Assembly: GCA_965212055.1 (NCBI GenBank)
Contig: OZ243041.1
Span: 832,001 to 896,000, forward strand
DNA from: Fidelibacterota bacterium
GTDB lineage: Bacteria > Fidelibacterota > Marinisomatia > Marinisomatales > Marinisomataceae
DNA length: 64,000 bases
Direction of reading: 5' to 3'
Positions within the stretch are counted from its first letter, which is position 1. Every line of letters begins with the position of its first letter. Shown here one piece after another: positions 1 through 8,759 of the stretch. The position numbers and the translations under genes were made by a program. The notes under the pieces are model-generated. The model was not told the DNA's origin. It saw only the letters and a program-made list of their open reading frames with translations, and did not search any database.

Positions 1-8
1 ATAATCAT

Positions 9-41
9 AAAAAAAAAGGGCAAAAAATTGCCCTTTTTTTT
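9..41. terminator. Intrinsic terminator, probably bidirectional
   Basis: A-tract-GGGCAA-aaaa-TTGCCC-T-tract perfect hairpin about 26 nt past the stop codon of the 75-aa gene. Confidence 0.9.
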
Positions 42-67
42 CATTTCTTAAGATATAGATGTGTTAA

Positions 68-295
68 TTAACCTCTACCTCTAGCCATAGGCGCACGAGA
101 TACATCACCATCTTTATCGATGAAATACAAATAGCCACTTTCACGTGTTACACCTGCGTCAGCAACTTTTTCAGCATTTCCACCACCGGAACCTCCGCGT
201 GACATTTGTGAACGCCATACATTACCATCTTTACCTAGATAATAAAGGTATCCACTTGCTTTACTAACACCAGTTGTCTTTACTTTTTCAGCCAT
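68..295 (-). CDS. Small basic protein made of two tandem 33-aa repeats, function unknown
   Basis: Internal duplication (AEKV..GV...SGYLY...KDG.V.R..M.RG twice); AAGGAG RBS 6 nt upstream; own promoter and terminator. Confidence 0.9.
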   Translation of the reverse strand: MAEKVKTTGVSKASGYLYYLGKDGNVWRSQMSRGGSGGGNAEKVADAGVTRESGYLYFIDKDGDVSRAPMARGRG

Positions 296-348
296 TTTTT
301 TCTCCTTAATATTGAATTAAAAACGCAATTTCTCGACTGCATCTCACA

Positions 349-377
349 ATTCTACAGCTAAACTCGAATTATAGCAA
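349..377 (-). promoter_or_regulatory. Sigma70-type promoter for the 75-aa gene
   Basis: Minus strand reads TTGCTA-17 nt-TAGAAT. Confidence 0.6.
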
Positions 378-462
378 GAATTTTCTCGTCGGGGGCTCGT
401 CGCTAAATCACGTGAAAATCCTGCCAATATCCCTTCTAATTGATTAAATTCCTTGCTGTTAT

Positions 463-536
463 GCCCCGGTAGCTCAGCTGGATAGAGCAACGGATTTCTA
501 ATCCGTAGGTCACAGGTTCGAATCCTGTCCGGGGTA
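463..536 (+). tRNA. tRNA-Arg(UCU), CCA not encoded
   Basis: GCCCCGG/CCGGGGT acceptor stem, AGCTCAGCTGGATAGAGC D arm, ACGGA-TTTCTAA-TCCGT anticodon arm, GGTTCGAATCC T loop. Confidence 0.97.
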
Positions 537-537
537 C

Positions 538-1353
538 TTACTCGTCGAGAAACTCCCTAATCTCATTCTCTAGTATCATTCCAGCATCTTCATTAAGATG
601 AATATGATCGCATAATGCTTTTAAACCATATTTTTTTCCAATTCGATTCCAATTCTGACCAAAAACATAGTGTAATATTATTGCTCTAAGAACCCGAATT
701 GTACGCCACTGAGTGGTTTGATAAGGATAACTAGAACTATTATCACCAATAAACTGGCCAAGATGACTGAAGAAATCAATTAATACTAAATCATATTTGC
801 TAGCCATTTTTTTAATAATATTATTGAATTCTTTAACCACACCAATAATATCATCTGAAGCACGTTCTCCAATCCATGGCAAAGTACTAATAGCAATTTT
901 TGCATGGCTATGAGATTTCATATATTGAATCATAGATTCTAATTCTTTTTCATACCAGTCCATTGATGGTAATTGCGGCAATCCTTTATTTTGTACATAA
1001 TATTCTTGAATAAACTTAATTTTTTGACTCCCCATTGCATCATTGGTACCAATAAGAATAGTAATATAATCTGGATTACATTTTAAGGCATTTTTTAGTC
1101 TTTGATTTAGATTCCATGCTAAATCTCCATTGATTCCAGCATTGACATATATTTTTGAAGAATCTTGTTCTCTTAATGCTCCTACCCAATTATATCCTAT
1201 ATGTCCATGCGTAATGCTATCTCCACAACAAAGAACAATTGGACGATTATCGCTAGAATCCCTTACAAAAGAATCAGCAGACATTTTAGGTAATCCCCAT
1301 GCATGTTTTATAATAGGAAATCTCCATGCATTCATTAGAATATATCTTAACAT
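538..1353 (-). CDS. SGNH/GDSL-family hydrolase
   Basis: GDSITHG block I, NAGING block II, IGTND block III, DHIHLN block V. Confidence 0.9.
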   Translation of the reverse strand: MLRYILMNAWRFPIIKHAWGLPKMSADSFVRDSSDNRPIVLCCGDSITHGHIGYNWVGALREQDSSKIYVNAGINGDLAWNLNQRLKNALKCNPDYITILIGTNDAMGSQKIKFIQEYYVQNKGLPQLPSMDWYEKELESMIQYMKSHSHAKIAISTLPWIGERASDDIIGVVKEFNNIIKKMASKYDLVLIDFFSHLGQFIGDNSSSYPYQTTQWRTIRVLRAIILHYVFGQNWNRIGKKYGLKALCDHIHLNEDAGMILENEIREFLDE

Positions 1354-1386
1354 ATAATATTTATTGAGTGAGGTAAGCGTTTCCTC

Positions 1387-2334
1387 TTAGAATTTAAACT
1401 GAAAATTAACCCCTGCTTCTGATGTACCATCATTAGAACGTAAATGTGGTGCAATCATTAGGCCTTTAGTTGGATTAAATTCTAAGCCTGCTAAAAAATA
1501 ATTTGTATCTTTATTACCCGATACCATATCATATTTTAAAAATAAATTTTTGCTAGATTCTAAATCATAATTACAATAGATAGATGTAAGACTATCATTA
1601 TAATTTCCATCCAATAAACCTGAATCGTTCAATTGATTCCACTCCATCCCAACACGTAAATTATCTTTTGCATATGCACCAAAAATACCCAAGACTCTTT
1701 TCTCATGTTTTCCGATTGGTTCCTCTGGAATTCCTACTTCTCCTTCTCGTTTATAAGGCTCATATGACAAGACTGTACCAAGATTAAATCCATCAGATTT
1801 AGATAGATTAGTGTTACCATAAACAAATTGTAAAGATGTCTTTTTATATGAATCAGTTTCAGATTTTTTATATCCTGCACCGTTTGTCAATAATACACTG
1901 TAACTAAATATAGAGTTAGATCCATAGTAACCAACTCCCATATCAGCAGAACTTGAATAACCAAAACGATCCATCACCGTTTTGTCTAGATAACGTTTCC
2001 CCCAATTTCCTTCTTGAATCTTAAACATATTCATACCTTGTAATCCAATAACAACTTTACCATTGAGAGTTTTCCAATCTACTTTTGCATTTTTAATATA
2101 TACATCTTGTGGGGAACTCTTAGGATCAATATCTGTAAGAAATTTAAAAGAAAGATCGTCTGATATTTTCTTATCAATACTTAAATAAGCTCTTTTTAAT
2201 CCAAATCCATTGATTACATCTTCATCGTCTGAATATGAATAACTAAAAACAACTTTTCCACTAATATCTTGTGCAATTAATGTGGAAAAGAAGAAGAAGA
2301 ATACATAATTCTTTTTTATGAATAACATATTCAT
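1387..2334 (-). CDS. Outer-membrane beta-barrel porin (phosphate-selective porin-like)
   Basis: Signal peptide, amphipathic beta strands, F.LKRAY N-terminal strand, C-terminal VNFQFKF barrel signal. Confidence 0.65.
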   Translation of the reverse strand: MNMLFIKKNYVFFFFFSTLIAQDISGKVVFSYSYSDDEDVINGFGLKRAYLSIDKKISDDLSFKFLTDIDPKSSPQDVYIKNAKVDWKTLNGKVVIGLQGMNMFKIQEGNWGKRYLDKTVMDRFGYSSSADMGVGYYGSNSIFSYSVLLTNGAGYKKSETDSYKKTSLQFVYGNTNLSKSDGFNLGTVLSYEPYKREGEVGIPEEPIGKHEKRVLGIFGAYAKDNLRVGMEWNQLNDSGLLDGNYNDSLTSIYCNYDLESSKNLFLKYDMVSGNKDTNYFLAGLEFNPTKGLMIAPHLRSNDGTSEAGVNFQFKF

Positions 2335-3084
2335 TTATTTTACAATACTAAGTAATTCTATTTCAAAAATAAGAGTTGAGGCGGGTGGAATAACAAATGT
2401 TCCCATCTCTTGGCCAGGAACTCCACTTTCTCCATACGCTAAATTATATGGAATATAAACTTCCCACTTAGAACCAACAGGCATAATCTGTAATATCTCT
2501 GTCCATCCTGGTATCACTCCTTGTACTGGGAATGTCGCAGGAGTACCGCGATCATGACTACTATCAAATTTATGTCCATCAATTAAATATCCACTATAAT
2601 GAACAGTAACCTCATCATCATAATCTGGTACATCTCCCGTGCCAATGATAATTTTTTTAAATTGAAGATTGCTTCTTCTTACTAGAACACCTTCTTTCGT
2701 TTTATTCTCATCGAGAAATTCTTGACTTTTTATTTTATTTTCTCTAGATAATTTTAGGAATTCTTCACCTGCTTCTTTCATTTCTTCCCTTTCAAAACCA
2801 GCCATTTCAATATTAAACTTCATTAAGATCTCTTGTCTTTCAGTAACATCCAGTAAAGGTTCCTCATTGGTAAAAAAATCATCCAATCCTTTTTTGATTA
2901 GTTCTTTATCAACATCGGCATAGGATGGTAGATTTTTTCCAATATTAATACCCATAGTATAACTCAAAGAATCTTTAAATGTATTTAATGTACTATCATC
3001 AGGATTAGATTGATTATCAGTGTTATTCTGATTACATGCTATTACAAAAATAATTATTGGTAATAATAATTTTTTAATGTCCAT
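2335..3084 (-). CDS. FKBP-type peptidyl-prolyl isomerase (FkpA/Mip-like lipoprotein)
   Basis: VIAC lipobox, DSLSYTMG N-domain, VHYSG..FDSS..RG, VIPGW, IPPASTLIFEIELL. Confidence 0.95.
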   Translation of the reverse strand: MDIKKLLLPIIIFVIACNQNNTDNQSNPDDSTLNTFKDSLSYTMGINIGKNLPSYADVDKELIKKGLDDFFTNEEPLLDVTERQEILMKFNIEMAGFEREEMKEAGEEFLKLSRENKIKSQEFLDENKTKEGVLVRRSNLQFKKIIIGTGDVPDYDDEVTVHYSGYLIDGHKFDSSHDRGTPATFPVQGVIPGWTEILQIMPVGSKWEVYIPYNLAYGESGVPGQEMGTFVIPPASTLIFEIELLSIVK

Positions 3085-3104
3085 CTTTATATTCCCTATA
3101 TAGT

Positions 3105-4109
3105 TTAAAGCGCACTATACCATTGTATGGTATATGCAAGCGCTACACTAATCATCAACCCTAACATTAATCGGAGGAAATCTTTATATAACATTGGGAA
3201 AATAGCTTTTTTGTGTCTACTAGTATATGTTAATTCTCCATAACCAATAGCCATCCAAATTCCAAGTTCCCTACCTGCTAACATTCCCATAAAGACAAAT
3301 GTAGTGCTCATTGGTATATTATTGACTTCTTTGAAATAATACAAAACAAAACAATAAACCAGATCAATAAACGTCGCTGATCGAACATATCTTGTATTGG
3401 TTTTTGATAAAACAATTTCTTGTATTTTCCCACCTCTTTCGTAAAACATGAATCCCAAACCTAAAAGCATTGCACCAATAACAAAGAACTTAAAATCGAT
3501 ACCACCCATGTCACTATATCTTGGTAAAAATACCATGATATTTGCCATATCATGCTTCAACCACGTTGCCCATAACCAGCCAGTGGTCAACCATTGAGCA
3601 ACTCTCCAATAGTTATTATATTTATTGTCCCCTTTCTCTCCTTCATATAAAATATACTTGCTAATTAACCACCAAGATCCCCAAGCAAAAACAAAGGATA
3701 CCGCATAACCTAGAAAACTCTTTAATAACATGTCTTCCAGTAGGCCAGCTCCTGCAAAAACTGATAAGACTAGGAATGTAGTTGATACTGGTATTTTTAA
3801 TCTTGTTAAGATAATCAAAACTAATGGTGCTACTGCGTGATACCATTGTATTTTTAGTTTAACTAAAATACCATCATCTTCAGGAAAGTGAATACCATCT
3901 AACCTTCCAAAAGCTGGATCACCAGCATGAAAACCCTGAATCATGGTAAATACAAAAATAGAACCCATGTATGCAAACATCCAATACCATTTAATATCAT
4001 CACGATTGGATGCAATGTAAGTTCCTAATGTTTGGATACTATCATTTGCTGTAACAGCATAAACAGCAAATAGAAAACCAAATAAAGACCACAATGTAAG
4101 AAAGTCCAT
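3105..4109 (-). CDS. Integral membrane protein, divergent PiT/PHO4-like transporter
   Basis: Multiple TM segments; ANDSIQTLGT and HDMANI half-signatures; duplicated IPVSTT / IPMSTT motifs. Confidence 0.6.
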   Translation of the reverse strand: MDFLTLWSLFGFLFAVYAVTANDSIQTLGTYIASNRDDIKWYWMFAYMGSIFVFTMIQGFHAGDPAFGRLDGIHFPEDDGILVKLKIQWYHAVAPLVLIILTRLKIPVSTTFLVLSVFAGAGLLEDMLLKSFLGYAVSFVFAWGSWWLISKYILYEGEKGDNKYNNYWRVAQWLTTGWLWATWLKHDMANIMVFLPRYSDMGGIDFKFFVIGAMLLGLGFMFYERGGKIQEIVLSKTNTRYVRSATFIDLVYCFVLYYFKEVNNIPMSTTFVFMGMLAGRELGIWMAIGYGELTYTSRHKKAIFPMLYKDFLRLMLGLMISVALAYTIQWYSAL

Positions 4110-4171
4110 TCTATTCCCTTTTGTTAATAAATCGACTTATTTTTTTCATTCATCTTATTAGCAGTATGCTG

Positions 4172-4244
4172 CTCCGGAGGAGGGACTCGAACCCCCGACC
4201 TGGTGATTAACAGTCACTCGCTCTACCAACTGAGCTACTCCGGA
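4172..4244 (-). tRNA. tRNA-Asn(GUU), CCA not encoded
   Basis: Reverse complement TCCGGAG-TAGCTCAGTTGGTAGAGC-GAGTGA-CTGTTAA-TCAC..GGTTCGAGTCC..CTCCGGA-G. Confidence 0.97.
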
Positions 4245-4294
4245 ATCGAGATGGAATTTCTCACGATATTATATAAAAAATCAAGTAATAATTA

Positions 4295-6217
4295 TCAAAC
4301 TTCAAGTTCAACAATTAAATCTTTAGATAAATCAAATTGTGCATGATCTGAAACATCCTTAGAAATAATAACTTTATTGTTATCTGATACTGATCCAAGA
4401 CGAGCATGGGTAGACTTCAGCCCTCCCAGATACCATCTATGATCACTAATATAAATTAGGTCTCCTTTGTTGCCTTTAATCTTGTCCATATAATTCTTTG
4501 GCAACGATACTTCATTGTTGTCTTTTTGTGTTACTTCTACTTCCGATCCAGCAAACTGAATAGTTAAGCCTGCATTTTTATTCACATCAGATCCTTTAAA
4601 GTATTGTGGACCATCCTTAATCGTCCAAATGGTCAATCCTTTAATGCGATCATAATCTTTTGGAGGTTTTGTAAATAAGGTCACAATGATACCAATAGAT
4701 GCACATGCAACCACATTATATAATGCTCTAATATAAGACCAAGGTTTTTCCTCAACAAATTCGATGCCATGAGAAAATGGTTGTACAAATATCTTCGGAT
4801 ATTCAATGCCTAACATAATAAAGACCGCTCCCAGAACAAATGTTAGAACGGCAGCTCTAGAGGAAAATCTTTTCCAAAAGATTCCTAAAAATATTACCGT
4901 AACCATTGGAGGAGTAACAACACTATGGAATGCGCCATGTGCTTCATAAATCGTACCATATTTACTAAATAGAAAAGCAGCTTGTATCCCAATAAATGTC
5001 ACTAATAAAGATGTAAACATCGAAACACGTAGTCGAGTTTTTTCAGATGGATTTTTACTCAATGGAGTATAAATATCATTCACCGCTACTGCTGCTGATG
5101 CATTAATTTGAGAATCAAGACTGGACATTAGTGCAGCAACTACTGCTGCCACTAAGAAAGCAAAAATTGCTTCAGATCCTGATACCATACCAGCTACTAC
5201 CGTAAAAATTCCATTTGGATCTGTTGTTTCTGGAATAGTTGATGAAAAATGTGTACCCCAACGAGTAAATATTGAACTTCCAGCGGAGTGATACATCCCG
5301 GTTAAACCTGAATCAAAATTTACAATAGCTCTTCCTATCCAACCAGAGTTTGATACTGCAACCGTACCAATGGGTAAGAATACCAAAACATTCATCATAG
5401 TTGCTCGCCTAGCATGCACAACGGAACGTGCTGCTAAGAAACGCATAATAACAGCTTGATTCATGAAAGCAAATCCTACAGATCCTACTACACCATCTTG
5501 CCAAAAAATACCAGCAAAATTAAAATCAGGTGGAGAATTAAAATCAGCTAGAGGCAATTTGTTTGCTACCGATAGATTACCCAAAAATGAATCAAATCCT
5601 CCTAGATAAGCAATGCCTAATCCAAAGATTAGAAGGCCAGCAAACAATAGAATAACGCCCTGGAGAAAATCAGTAAAGATAATTGCTGTTTGCCCTCCTA
5701 TAGAAACATAAATACCAGAAATAACAGCTACGACGATGATGATGGTGTTAATTTCCCATCCTAAAATAGGTTGTAGTAATGATCCAAGAGCAAGTAATCC
5801 AATACCAATATATCCCACCAAATATAATAACATAGTAAAGGTTGATAAATTTCTGACTGTACTATTGAAACGACGTTGAAAATACTCAGGAATGGAATTA
5901 ACCTGCATATAATAAATAATTGGAATCCATCCAAATAATAATAATGGCATAAAAAACCAATCATTCATATAGGTCATTGTAGATGAAAATCCATACTCAA
6001 ACCCCTTAGAAGCATATTTTGCAAAACTATGCGATCCTACCCCTGTAGCTAACATAGACATTGCAATTAACCACCAAGAAAATCGTCTCCCACCAAAAAA
6101 GAAATCTTCAGTTGATTTGTTATTACGGGCAAAAAATAATCCTGCGCCCAACACAAAAAAAACATAACAAACTAAGATTACCCAAAATAATTCAGTTGTT
6201 GGAATAGGTGTGTTCAT
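4295..6217 (-). CDS. Sodium:solute symporter (SSS/SLC5) with extra C-terminal soluble domain
   Basis: EDFFFGGRR, IPEYFQRRF, GGQTAIIFTDFLQ, AALMSSLDS motifs; about 100-aa hydrophilic tail. Confidence 0.92.
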   Translation of the reverse strand: MNTPIPTTELFWVILVCYVFFVLGAGLFFARNNKSTEDFFFGGRRFSWWLIAMSMLATGVGSHSFAKYASKGFEYGFSSTMTYMNDWFFMPLLLFGWIPIIYYMQVNSIPEYFQRRFNSTVRNLSTFTMLLYLVGYIGIGLLALGSLLQPILGWEINTIIIVVAVISGIYVSIGGQTAIIFTDFLQGVILLFAGLLIFGLGIAYLGGFDSFLGNLSVANKLPLADFNSPPDFNFAGIFWQDGVVGSVGFAFMNQAVIMRFLAARSVVHARRATMMNVLVFLPIGTVAVSNSGWIGRAIVNFDSGLTGMYHSAGSSIFTRWGTHFSSTIPETTDPNGIFTVVAGMVSGSEAIFAFLVAAVVAALMSSLDSQINASAAVAVNDIYTPLSKNPSEKTRLRVSMFTSLLVTFIGIQAAFLFSKYGTIYEAHGAFHSVVTPPMVTVIFLGIFWKRFSSRAAVLTFVLGAVFIMLGIEYPKIFVQPFSHGIEFVEEKPWSYIRALYNVVACASIGIIVTLFTKPPKDYDRIKGLTIWTIKDGPQYFKGSDVNKNAGLTIQFAGSEVEVTQKDNNEVSLPKNYMDKIKGNKGDLIYISDHRWYLGGLKSTHARLGSVSDNNKVIISKDVSDHAQFDLSKDLIVELEV

Positions 6218-6498
6218 TTGATATTCCTCACAAGGATACCAACGTTTAATATATACAAAGCGATAATGAGTAGATACATCTTGGGAGCATTATTCAATGC
6301 TGATAATGTCATCAATAAATGAATAGAAAAAATATAAATAAATCCCCATACTAAAACTTGCATCCATATTTTATGCTTCGTCCAAAATTCACTACCGCCA
6401 TAAGCACGGAATATTGTGAAAAGTCCACCACCAAAAATTAGGAGACCAAAACCATACTGATACATAAGAGGAAGCCAAGAATGAGTAAAGAAATCCAT
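6214..6498 (-). CDS. Small multi-TM membrane protein, probable symporter accessory subunit
   Basis: About three hydrophobic segments; ATGA overlap with the symporter start codon. Confidence 0.65.
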   Translation of the reverse strand: MDFFTHSWLPLMYQYGFGLLIFGGGLFTIFRAYGGSEFWTKHKIWMQVLVWGFIYIFSIHLLMTLSALNNAPKMYLLIIALYILNVGILVRNIK

Positions 6499-6992
6499 TA
6501 TTTCATTTCCTCAAAGAATGGTTTCAACTGATCATAGGTATCATACAACCCTTGTGCAACAACCTTTGTTGATCCTACCACTGGCATAAAAGAAGTATCA
6601 GATGTCCATCGTGGAACAATATGAAAATGTAAATGTCCTTCAATGGATGCACCAGATCCTTTACCAATATTTGCTCCAAAATTGAATCCGTGACATTGTA
6701 AATTTTCTCTTAAAATTTTCATAGTTTTTTTAGTAATTTGCATAATCTCTGTTAATGTTTCGTCTGCTAAATTTTCTACTGAATCTGATTCCTCATATGG
6801 AACAACCATTAAATGCCCATTATTATATGGATAATAATTCATAATGATATAACAAAATTCACCACGATAAAGAATAAGATTTTCTTTATCTTCAGCTTCA
6901 TTCGGTTTACTAGAAAAAATCTTTTGAGATGCATCTTTATTCTTAATGTATTCCATTTTCCATGGAGCCCATAAATGTTTTTTATGTGACAT
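6498..6992 (-). CDS. HIT-family nucleotide hydrolase/phosphorylase (Ap4A type)
   Basis: LWAPW N-terminal motif, NYYPYNNGHLM, HLHFHIVPRW triad; start placed at MSHKK. Confidence 0.92.
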   Translation of the reverse strand: MSHKKHLWAPWKMEYIKNKDASQKIFSSKPNEAEDKENLILYRGEFCYIIMNYYPYNNGHLMVVPYEESDSVENLADETLTEIMQITKKTMKILRENLQCHGFNFGANIGKGSGASIEGHLHFHIVPRWTSDTSFMPVVGSTKVVAQGLYDTYDQLKPFFEEMK

Positions 6993-7272
6993 ATTCGTTT
7001 TCCAATTTGACTTGATCAATTAGCTCTCTCAACATAGGTTTAATATAAATATTATCGAGATTCATTTTACCAAAACATTTTGCTAAAATGTTTACACGTT
7101 GTTCCAATGGCTTGTGTTTATTAATAACAATCAAATTATCAGTAAATAGCAAACAATGATCTCCATTAAAATCTCCTTTATCATGTACAATCTTTACATT
7201 TAACCGATCGCTTAACTCGATAAAATCATTAATAAGTTCTTCATATTTTTTATTTATTTCTTTGAGTCGCAT
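6982..7272 (-). CDS. Hypothetical protein, possible IrrE/ImmA-like fold without HExxH
   Basis: KGDFNGDHC..IVINKHKPLEQR..LA..IYIKPMLRELI pattern; overlaps both neighbours. Confidence 0.6.
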   Translation of the reverse strand: MRLKEINKKYEELINDFIELSDRLNVKIVHDKGDFNGDHCLLFTDNLIVINKHKPLEQRVNILAKCFGKMNLDNIYIKPMLRELIDQVKLENEYVT

Positions 7273-7667
7273 TTGATTCCAGTAATTTTACTACTACTTC
7301 TAATTTTTTCTCCTAAACCATCCACCATTTTGATAGAATATTTTTCCATAACAGCAGTTTCTGGTACTTCACTTAGACTTCTATCCCCACCATTGGCAAA
7401 AATATCTGGTTTCAGAAATTCCAAACTTTTACACACACTTTTGTCATCATCAATGCTCAAAAATACTTCATCAACAGACTGTAATGCAGAAACAATTTCC
7501 ATTCTATCATTTTCATTCATGAAAGACTTCCCTTTTTTTAAGACAGCTTGTTGATCATTATTAACAATCACAACCAATTTATCTCCCAGTTGTCTTGCAA
7601 GCTTTAAAAATTCTAAATGCCCTACATGAATTGGATCAAAATATCCACTTACAGCTACAACAATCAT
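7254..7667 (-). CDS. Stand-alone cytidylyl/adenylyltransferase (CTP_transf_like)
   Basis: SGYFDPIHVGH (HxGH), FANGGDR, KIRSSS. Confidence 0.9.
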   Translation of the reverse strand: MIVVAVSGYFDPIHVGHLEFLKLARQLGDKLVVIVNNDQQAVLKKGKSFMNENDRMEIVSALQSVDEVFLSIDDDKSVCKSLEFLKPDIFANGGDRSLSEVPETAVMEKYSIKMVDGLGEKIRSSSKITGIKCDSKK

Positions 7668-7668
7668 T

Positions 7669-8759
7669 TTATTCTTCCTTTTCTAAGCTATAGTTCCACA
7701 TTGGAATTTCTAATTCCCAATTGGCTCTCAAAATTAATGAATCAGGATAAACATAAAATCTTTCAGCAAATTGTTCATCAGTAAAAGATCCCATATTTAA
7801 GATTAAATCATTATTTCTATCTTCATAAATCAATAATTGATATTTCCCTTCCAAAACTTCATCAATAGTATAATTACCTCCTAATTCTACCGCATTGGTA
7901 TAATTGTTCTTTGTATTTTTTAAAAATACATTAATAGGATGAAGAAAATTACCCTTAACAGATCCCAATATGGTAGCCGTCTTTATCAATGCTTTTTTAT
8001 CAGTATCATCAACTGTCAAACTATCAGAAGATACAACACTCTCTTCTTTTTTTATAGGTCTTGTAAGATAGAAATTAATATTACTTAATGAATCATTATG
8101 CAACGATAATTTATTTTTTCGATAAAACGAGAATGCTTCTTTTGTATAATCAATATTTGATCCATATTGTTGAACTGCTAAAATTGAAAACTCTGTATTA
8201 GGTAAAAAATTAAACTGATATGCCCCATTTGATGATGCACGCAAAATATAATCTGGGGAGTATCGAGCATCATAGCTTTACTTGGATTGTTCAGCCATAA
8301 GAGAATAAATGCAGTATTAAAATCTCCAAAAATAGTTCCTTCAATTCTACCAGAATGGAAGACAGAATCTCTTGAAAATGGAATAACAATATCTTGAGCA
8401 ATATTTACACCATGTTCATCCTTAAGGTTGGTATCAAACACAAGCATGTATGTAGTATTAGTATCTAAATTTGATGGCATCCAAAAATCAATTTCATTTC
8501 CTTTATATTCATATTTAAAGTCATAGTCTCCAGTTGGAAAAATTTTAATTGCCTTTTTTAAAGATGCTTCTTGTAAATATTCATTGAATTGAATTGTAAT
8601 TTTTTGAGTTGGATTAATTTCGGTCAATATTTTTGGAGTCGTTGAAACTAATTCTGGGGGGATAGCATCAATTGCTCCACCTGGTGGTGCAGATACTGAT
8701 GCACAATTATTAATAAAAATAATTGCCAAAAGTAAAAATAACTTATTCGCTATTCTCAT
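7669..8759 (-). pseudogene. Ig-like (Big_5) domain lipoprotein, frameshifted near 8255-8258 (or sequencing error)
   Basis: Lipobox plus CAS..APPGG..D..PP motif; adding one C to the C4 run joins ORFs 8178-8759 and 7669-8244 as ...DTPPDYILRASSNG... Confidence 0.8.

Noticed and set aside
412..428. Possible sigma-54 promoter (minus strand TTGGCAGGATTTTCACG)
   Set aside because: It has a -24 GG-like element but no TTGC at -12
537..4171. Integrative element at tRNA-Arg or tRNA-Asn
   Set aside because: No duplicated tRNA 3' end and no integrase or transposase seen
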